NCBI GenBank assembly: GCA_011364975.1
Contig: RDOE01000090.1
Coordinates: 1 to 12,668 of the forward strand
Direction: 5' to 3'
DNA length: 12,668 nucleotides
DNA from: Promethearchaeota archaeon
GTDB taxonomy: Archaea; Asgardarchaeota; Lokiarchaeia; Sigyniarchaeales; SOKP01
The notes beneath the pieces were generated by a model that did no database searches, was not told the origin of the DNA, and was given only the letters and a program-made list of their open reading frames with translations. The number at the start of each line of letters is the position of its first letter. The stretch's first letter is position 1. A program made the translations under genes and the position numbers. Shown one piece after another: positions 7,030 through 12,668 of the stretch.

Positions 7030-8271
7030 ATGGATTTTGGATTAGAGTTTGAATATTATCCTAAAATTTCTACCCGATTTCTCACAGAGGCCCAAGAAAT
7101 TATAGAAAAAAATCGAGAAAAATGGCAAAAACCATTCTTTATTGATACTAAGTCCTATATAAATTTAGAGGAAATTAGAACCATTTCAAAAGACTTTATT
7201 AAAGATAATATAAAAAATGTAATAGTTTTAGGAACAGGGGGATCAATTCAGACATTAATAGCAATTAAACATATAGCAACTAAGAATATTATTGCAATTA
7301 CAAGTTCAAGAGCTATGGAGTTAAAAGCTTGTCTTGAGACTACAAATCCTCAAAATTCTGTGGTTATTCCCATTTCTAGAGGGGGAGAAACATTGGATAT
7401 CAATTCAACAATAGGAATCTTTCTCAAGAGAGGATATCCATTTATTGGGCTCTCCTCTAAAGGAGAAATGTATCAAATCTTAAAGGATGCAAAAGTTCCA
7501 ATTTTAAGCGTACCTGACCTTTCAGGTCGTTTTGCAGGGTCTATTTCAAATGTTGGGATTGTCCCTGCATTTATTGCTGGTATTGATATTAAAGATTTTT
7601 TATATGGGTTAGAAGAGGGATATAAATCTTTCATAAATTCGAAGGAAAGCTTAGCCCATCAGTTTGCAGTTTTTATTTATTCATTATATAAATTAGGTTA
7701 TAAAATTGTGTTTTCAATGCCTTACTCGGTGAATCTCGAGGGAAGTATAGGTTTATTTGTGCAAGAAGTTTCAGAAAGTACTGGAAAAAATGAAAAAGGG
7801 TTAATGGGTGCGTTTCAGTCTGCTCCCTTATGTCAACATTCAGTTTTAGAATTTCTATTGGGAGGTACTAAGGGTAATGTTATACCAATTCTATGGAATG
7901 TTAATAATGAACTAAGAGATGTGACTTTACCTTCATCACTAGAATATATAGATGGACAAAGCGCTCACACAATAGTAAATTATCAAGCAGATGCTACATT
8001 CCAAGCATTAATTGAACAAAAAGTTCCCACCGCGAAAATTACTATAGAAAACGTTAAAGCGGATAGTATTGGTAATTTAATTGCATTCATTCAATCTACC
8101 GTTTACCTTTTATGTTTATTATTAGATGTGAATTGGGCCGATAACCCTAAGGTTATTATTGGTAAAAAAATTTGTAATGAAGCGTTAATTAATAAAGTGT
8201 CTTCAGAAAAGAGAAAACAAAATCGTATAAAAATCGCAGAAAATGCACTCAAGGACTTTTTTTCAAAATAA
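7030..8271 (+). CDS. Glucose-6-phosphate isomerase (PGI)-family double-SIS sugar-phosphate isomerase, divergent
   Basis: VIVLGTGGS (cf. GIGGS), ISRGGET (cf. SKSGxT), PDLSGRF..S.VG (cf. GGRFS), QEVSESTGK (cf. QLxMESxGK, catalytic Glu), QHS (catalytic His), DVNWADNPKVIIGKK (cf. NxFDQPGVExGK, Lys). Confidence 0.8.
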   Translation: MDFGLEFEYYPKISTRFLTEAQEIIEKNREKWQKPFFIDTKSYINLEEIRTISKDFIKDNIKNVIVLGTGGSIQTLIAIKHIATKNIIAITSSRAMELKACLETTNPQNSVVIPISRGGETLDINSTIGIFLKRGYPFIGLSSKGEMYQILKDAKVPILSVPDLSGRFAGSISNVGIVPAFIAGIDIKDFLYGLEEGYKSFINSKESLAHQFAVFIYSLYKLGYKIVFSMPYSVNLEGSIGLFVQEVSESTGKNEKGLMGAFQSAPLCQHSVLEFLLGGTKGNVIPILWNVNNELRDVTLPSSLEYIDGQSAHTIVNYQADATFQALIEQKVPTAKITIENVKADSIGNLIAFIQSTVYLLCLLLDVNWADNPKVIIGKKICNEALINKVSSEKRKQNRIKIAENALKDFFSK

Positions 8272-8297
8272 AGACCTTAATCTAGCCCCCTTTTTTC

Positions 8298-9731
8298 TTA
8301 CATACTGGGTCGATTGATAAATGCATTATATAATACCTTAATAGCTTTTTTACAATTAGATCTATCAATAATCGCGGTAAAATTAAGTTCAGACGATCCT
8401 TGTGCAATTGCTTTAATGTTTATATTGTTATCTCCTAACGATGTAAACACTTTTCCAGCGATTCCGGGAGTGTGTAATAATCCTGCACCGATTACTGCAA
8501 CTAATGAGATTTCATTATCAATTTTTATTTTAAACCACTGTTTTCCAAATAACTCAGAATTTCTTAATAAAAAACTAACTTTTTTAGAATCTTCAAAGTC
8601 AATGCCAAAAGTTATATTATTTTCGGAAGAGCTTTGTGAAATGAATACAAGGTTAATATTATTATTTCCTAAAAGCGAGAAAAGCTTGGATGCAGTTCCG
8701 GATAAGGGGATCATTGTATCACCAATAATAGTCACCATAGATAGTTGATAAATAGAGGTTATAGCCTTGACTATTTTTTCATCCTGTATTATTTCTCTCG
8801 TAATAGTGGTATATTCATTAGATTCAGGATCTTCAAAAGATCTAATTTCCGAAGGGATATTACCTTTCTCATTAATATCTAAACATAAAGGATGGAGTAT
8901 TTTTGAGCCGAAAAAAGAGAGTTCTTTAGCTTCTACATATGAAATTTGCTTTAATAAATCAGTTTTGTCAGAAAGTTTAGGATCTGCATTTAGAATACCT
9001 TTTACATCCTTCCAGTAGATAATTTTGCAATTACAAGCAGTCCGTAATGAATAAGCTATTATGGCAGCCGTTAGATCACTTCCACCCCTTCCTAAAGTAG
9101 TGATCTTTTTATCTGTCGTTGAGCCAAAATATCCAGTAATACAGTGAATATCAGTTGCATTATTTTCTAAAGAAGGGACAAACTTTTCTTTTATTAATGC
9201 TTCAGTTTCTTCTAAAAGTGGTAATGCTCTACTAAAATTATCATCTGTTATGATTAACGTATCTGAGGAATAGTAATGGGATCTTAAATCAATACTTTTT
9301 AGAAATTGAGATAGAATGAAAGTACTCAATTTTTCTCCATAGGAGCTAATTAAATCTTGTATATCTAAGCTTGGCCTAATTAGTCTAATAACTTGCCCTA
9401 ACTGAATTAATTCCTCAATATTTTTCTGAAGGAACGATCTTGATTGATGGAACTCCGCACTATCTTCATCTAAAATCGCATAAATTAATTTAATGTGAAT
9501 ATTATTTATTTCCTCAATTATCAAATTACATTCATTATCTTCACTACAGGATTTAGTATAAAATTCTAAAAGTTTATCTGTTATCCCATTTAATGCAGAA
9601 GTGACAGTTATAACTCTCGAATGTGCTAAATAGTGTTTGACAATCTTGGCGATCTGTTGAAATGAGTCCTTGTTTTTTAGACATGAACCACCAAATTTCA
9701 TTACAACAAGATCTTTCATTCGATTTACCAT
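8298..9731 (-). CDS. lysC: Aspartate kinase (monofunctional, two ACT domains); start may be ATG at 9719
   Basis: VVMKFGGS, D...S.GEKLS, TTLGRGGSDLTA, WKDV.G..NADP, ISY.EA.EL..FG.KILHP, two ACT repeats (ISQSSSE; GAGL..TPGIAGKVF..L....INI.AIAQGSSE.N). Confidence 0.95.
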   Translation of the reverse strand: MVNRMKDLVVMKFGGSCLKNKDSFQQIAKIVKHYLAHSRVITVTSALNGITDKLLEFYTKSCSEDNECNLIIEEINNIHIKLIYAILDEDSAEFHQSRSFLQKNIEELIQLGQVIRLIRPSLDIQDLISSYGEKLSTFILSQFLKSIDLRSHYYSSDTLIITDDNFSRALPLLEETEALIKEKFVPSLENNATDIHCITGYFGSTTDKKITTLGRGGSDLTAAIIAYSLRTACNCKIIYWKDVKGILNADPKLSDKTDLLKQISYVEAKELSFFGSKILHPLCLDINEKGNIPSEIRSFEDPESNEYTTITREIIQDEKIVKAITSIYQLSMVTIIGDTMIPLSGTASKLFSLLGNNNINLVFISQSSSENNITFGIDFEDSKKVSFLLRNSELFGKQWFKIKIDNEISLVAVIGAGLLHTPGIAGKVFTSLGDNNINIKAIAQGSSELNFTAIIDRSNCKKAIKVLYNAFINRPSM

Positions 9732-9821
9732 CTTAATTTACACTTATCTTAATTGAATAGAAGTAAGAGTAAACTTATAAATGTAAAATAAAATATAGGT
9801 TTCATTAAAAAATCAATATAA

Positions 9822-9840
9822 TTTACAAAAAAAACTATAA
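9822..9840 (-). terminator. T8-containing terminator candidate downstream of the 4-TM gene
   Basis: Minus strand reads TTATAGTTTTTTTTGTAAA, about 24 nt past the stop codon. Confidence 0.45.
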
Positions 9841-9863
9841 TAATTAGGAATTAACTGCAATTT

Positions 9864-10367
9864 TTATGAACTTTCTCGCTCCTCTCTTTTTACAAAAAAT
9901 CCAAATCCTATTATTACCGCTCCAATAAAAGGTCCTATCACTCCAAAGTATGGTGAATATCCCCCACCCATTGCAATCCAGTGATTATAGCCATATTGGT
10001 TATAAAATGCTTCCATCATGATAATCCAAAACAGAGTTGATGCAATTACCAATCCTGCTATCAAAAGCATCTTCCATCTGAGTCTCTTAAAATTCAATGA
10101 TAATCTGACATAGGTAAGGTTAAGAGTAATTGCGATAACACTACTCGAAAATATAATTAAGGCAAGTATCGTAGAAATTACAACTAACATTAGATCTGTT
10201 CTTAGCAAATATATAGCAAGAGGGTCAATATCTACACCTATTTGTGTCATCCAAACATAATAGAGCGTTGGATATGTATCATTATAGCTGGTAGGAGTTA
10301 AAATCGATATTAATATAATTATTGCTCCAATAATATTTAAAATCCAAAGATATTTTCTAATGTTCAT
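9864..10367 (-). CDS. Hypothetical four-TM integral membrane protein
   Basis: 167-aa ORF with four hydrophobic segments, a basic TM2-TM3 loop (KRLRWK) and a charged C-tail (KREERESS). It fills the gap between flanking genes on the same strand. Confidence 0.8.
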   Translation of the reverse strand: MNIRKYLWILNIIGAIIILISILTPTSYNDTYPTLYYVWMTQIGVDIDPLAIYLLRTDLMLVVISTILALIIFSSSVIAITLNLTYVRLSLNFKRLRWKMLLIAGLVIASTLFWIIMMEAFYNQYGYNHWIAMGGGYSPYFGVIGPFIGAVIIGFGFFVKREERESS

Positions 10368-10572
10368 TTAAAATCATAACGCAGTTAAACAATTATTATC
10401 TATCGAGATCAAATGTCACTTAAAAAAGATTATCACGTATAAGAATAGGTTATAAATATTCATAATTATAAGTTAAATTACTAAATTAAAAAGAGAAAAA
10501 ACGTAAGTAAAATTTACATAATCAGAATAAAATTAGATTAAGAAAAACCTTTTACAAGAAAACTATAAAGTC

Positions 10573-10581
10573 AAAAAAAAA
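10573..10581 (-). terminator. T9 terminator candidate downstream of hsp20
   Basis: A9 on the + strand (T9 on the coding strand) about 40 nt after the stop codon. Confidence 0.45.
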
Positions 10582-10618
10582 TTAGAGCAGATAGAGCAAT
10601 TAAACAATATTATATGAC

Positions 10619-11188
10619 TTATTTAATCTCTATCTTTTTCCTCTCTGGTTTTGGAGGCTCAACTTTTGGAATTTTAACCGATAAGATTCCTTTCTCTAAA
10701 TTTGCTTCGATCTTGTCTGCATCTATGTTTTCCGGTAAACTAAACGCTCTGTAATAGCTAGAAGAATGATATTCACGTCTAACTAGTTGTCCATCTTTCT
10801 CTTCTCTCTTTTCTTCCTTTTGCTCTCCCTTAATCTCTAACATCCCATCTTGAATGGTTAAATTAATGTCAGCTTTATCCATACCGGGTAATTCAGCAGT
10901 AATATTAAATGCATCCTTAGATTCAGAAATGTTTGATAATGGAGTTCTAAAGAGGGGTTCGTCATCTCTTATTGCTAAATTAAAGGGTCTATATCTCCTT
11001 CTGCTAGTTGGCCACCAAAAATCGTCGAAAAAGTTGTTTCGTAAGTCATCGAACATTCGATCCATCTCTTGGAATAATGAAAATGGATTTTCTCTTCTAA
11101 TCGTTAATTCTCGCGATTTCTTGCCTTCTTGATTTTGTTCTTCCTTTGATTCTTTTTTCTTAACTTCAATTTTTTCTTTGTCTGTCAT
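10619..11188 (-). CDS. Small heat-shock protein, Hsp20/alpha-crystallin family
   Basis: NPFSLFQEMDRMF N-region, ITAELPGMDK.DI, LEIKGE, RREY....YYRAFSLPE.ID...IEA.LEKGILSVKIPK, C-terminal IxI motif KKIEIK. Start reassigned to ATG 11188 because the ORF-track GTG (11197) lies inside the GAGGTG Shine-Dalgarno. Confidence 0.96.
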   Translation of the reverse strand: MTDKEKIEVKKKESKEEQNQEGKKSRELTIRRENPFSLFQEMDRMFDDLRNNFFDDFWWPTSRRRYRPFNLAIRDDEPLFRTPLSNISESKDAFNITAELPGMDKADINLTIQDGMLEIKGEQKEEKREEKDGQLVRREYHSSSYYRAFSLPENIDADKIEANLEKGILSVKIPKVEPPKPERKKIEIK

Positions 11189-11194
11189 ACAATA

Positions 11195-11200
11195 CACCTC
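11195..11200 (-). promoter_or_regulatory. Shine-Dalgarno GAGGTG of hsp20
   Basis: Minus strand reads AAAGAGGTGtattgtATG, 6-nt spacing. Confidence 0.7.
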
Positions 11201-11226
11201 TTTTATGCTTAATTTTTATTTTTGGT

Positions 11227-11262
11227 TTGATGTCAACTATCTCTTTACATCAATTAGTTGAC
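11227..11262. promoter_or_regulatory. Two interlocked inverted repeats between the hsp20 TATA candidate and SD
   Basis: GTCAACTA (11232-11239)/TAGTTGAC (11255-11262) and TTGATGT (11227-11233)/ACATCAA (11247-11253), both perfect. Confidence 0.5.
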
Positions 11263-11285
11263 TATGATCTAAATAGAAACTAGTG

Positions 11286-11293
11286 TATTTAAA
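11286..11293 (-). promoter_or_regulatory. Candidate TATA box (TTTAAATA) for hsp20
   Basis: Minus strand AAAAAAAACATAAGA-TTTAAATA: purine-rich upstream element plus TATA consensus, predicting a TSS near 11260-11265. Confidence 0.45.
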
Positions 11294-11628
11294 TCTTATG
11301 TTTTTTTTCTATAAAAATAGGCAGTCAGCCCTTTCTACTATTACAATTCAAAGAGTTTATTTAAAGAAGTTAATATCATAAGTTTTTTTAGATATGTTTA
11401 GTTATGCATAGGGAGTAAATGTGGTTACAATTTTTCTCAAAATTACCAATATCTCTAAAAATTTTACTAATATAGAGATTGCGAGAAAACTTATTTGATG
11501 ATTATTCATTTTTTATTTAAGAGAACTATTTCATGAAATTGGATCTTACACAGTGCAATTGTCAGAAGGAATAAACTATTAATTGATTTTACAAGCAATA
11601 TTAAGATTAGTGTTCTAATGTCAAACTT

Positions 11629-12081
11629 TTACTCAAATTTTTCAATAGCTAAATTTGATTCTTTAACCATTTCTTCTTTTACCTTGTTTTCCATATTATA
11701 TCCTTCTCCATATACTATTCGTTTAATTCCAGCATTAATAAGTAACTTTAAACAATTCATACAAGGAAAATGAGTGCTATAAAGGGTTGTATATCCCAAT
11801 ATTGAGGTTCCATGTATTGCTGCTTGGATTATACAATTTATTTCTGCATGTACACCTCTACAAAGCTCTGGCTTTTCGCCACTTTTAAGGGTTTGTCTAA
11901 CACATGTTTCGGAGTTACAATGTTTAAATCCAGAAGGAGCACCATTATATCCAGTAGAAAGAATGTGCGAATCCTTAACCAAGACGGCACCTACATGTCG
12001 TTTAATACAAGTACTCCTTTTAGAAACCACTTCTGCGATTTCCATAAAGTATTCATCCTTAGATATTCTTTTCAGGGACAT
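11629..12081 (-). CDS. dCMP deaminase (ComEB/cytidine-deoxycytidylate deaminase family)
   Basis: D.YFM.IA..VS.RSTC..R.VGAVLVKD, STGYNGAP, HAE and PCxxC (FPCMNC) zinc motifs, LINAGIKRIVY. Confidence 0.95.
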   Translation of the reverse strand: MSLKRISKDEYFMEIAEVVSKRSTCIKRHVGAVLVKDSHILSTGYNGAPSGFKHCNSETCVRQTLKSGEKPELCRGVHAEINCIIQAAIHGTSILGYTTLYSTHFPCMNCLKLLINAGIKRIVYGEGYNMENKVKEEMVKESNLAIEKFE

Positions 12082-12193
12082 ATTAGTAATTAATAAATCG
12101 GGTTAATTGGGAATAAATATTAAAAATAAAATACTTTTTAGAGTATACGGGATATAATGTATTTAATTATTTATGAACTATGGGTTAAAGAGT

Positions 12194-12668
12194 ATGGTAA
12201 AGAAATATAATATTCCTTGGGCAGCATGGCGCGAACCAAAATACCTTGGATTAGAATTTCCAGATAAATGGGATGTATCACTCCTAAGAATGGAAGGAGC
12301 AGATGTACCAGAAATAACTAATATTGAAATAAGAAATGCAATTTCAAATCCAATTGGCACCCCAAAGTTATCAGAAATTGCAAAAGGAAAAGAAAATGTA
12401 GTAATAGTAGTTGATGATATGACGCGAACGACTCAGGCGTCAAAAATATTACCCATTGTATTTGAAGAACTACAATCTGCAAATATTCCTGATGATAACA
12501 TAACAATTCTATTAGCAATAGGTGCTCACCGACCAATGAATAAGCATGATTGTATTTTAAAATTAGGAGAGAAAATAGCAAATAAGTATAATGTTGAGAA
12601 TCATCATCCATATGAGAATCTAATTAATTTAGGTGAATCAAAGATCGGCACCCCAATAGACGTGAATA
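12194..12668 (+). CDS. LarA-family nickel-pincer-nucleotide-dependent racemase/epimerase (DUF2088), 3'-truncated; alternative in-frame ATG at 12173
   Basis: My translation has no stop to the window edge: MVKKYNIPWAAW...NAISNPIGTPKLSEIAKGKENVVIVVDDMTRTT...ITILLAIGAHRPMN...KLG...VENHHPYENLINLGESKIGTPIDVN. It contains the LarA N-domain motifs NPIG, VxIxxxDxTR, AxGxHR, NH and GTP. Confidence 0.9.
   Translation, partial: MVKKYNIPWAAWREPKYLGLEFPDKWDVSLLRMEGADVPEITNIEIRNAISNPIGTPKLSEIAKGKENVVIVVDDMTRTTQASKILPIVFEELQSANIPDDNITILLAIGAHRPMNKHDCILKLGEKIANKYNVENHHPYENLINLGESKIGTPIDVN

Noticed and set aside
8314-9018. + strand ORFs 8314-8748 and 8767-9018
   Set aside because: Fully antisense to aspartate kinase, with no recognisable motifs.
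10854-11132. 92-aa + strand ORF
   Set aside because: Antisense shadow of hsp20.
6730-11262. Shared stress-regulon operator between radA and hsp20 (both dyads contain TYAACTAT)
   Set aside because: The arms are arranged in opposite orientation with different spacing, and the overlap is too short to support a common regulator.
11402-11509. 35-aa hydrophobic minus-strand sORF (MNNHQISFLAISILVKFLEILVILRKIVTTFTPYA)
   Set aside because: No SD or other support, and short hydrophobic ORFs are expected by chance in AT-rich intergenic DNA. It cannot be excluded without Ribo-seq.
11432-11539. Nested weak hairpin (TTTTCTC..ATCTCTA/TAGAGAT..GAGAAAA) and 12-bp palindrome ATTTCATGAAAT
   Set aside because: Short AT-rich arms with bulges, not positioned at an evident promoter, and compatible with chance.
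11812-12093. 93-aa + strand ORF
   Set aside because: Antisense to the well-supported dCMP deaminase.
12178-12611. Minus-strand ORFs 12178-12360 and 12318-12611
   Set aside because: Antisense to the LarA-family frame, which carries clear conserved motifs.

Overview
AT-rich archaeal chromosomal window, very probably from an Asgard archaeon (Lokiarchaeia-like). This assignment is an inference from a RadA with a eukaryote-like GEFRTGKTQ Walker A and from a single-pass Ig-repeat surface protein with a longin-like cytoplasmic tail. Genes in order: (1) the 5'-truncated 3' part of a giant (>1784 aa) sequon-rich surface protein with tandem ~105-aa Ig-like repeats, one TM helix and a multidomain cytoplasmic tail; (2) radA with an unusual ~120-aa N-terminal extension (C2H2-type Zn-binding motif, an extra FxxA motif, and a very acidic tract); (3) a divergent PGI-family sugar-phosphate isomerase; (4) aspartate kinase; (5) a 4-TM hypothetical membrane protein; (6) Hsp20; (7) dCMP deaminase; (8) a 3'-truncated LarA-family nickel-pincer racemase/epimerase missing from the ORF track. 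I saw no mobile element, CRISPR array, tRNA or rRNA. The most interesting signals are the receptor-like architecture of the giant protein, the RadA N-terminal module, and the inverted repeats directly upstream of radA and hsp20. All domain calls were made by eye, without database searches.
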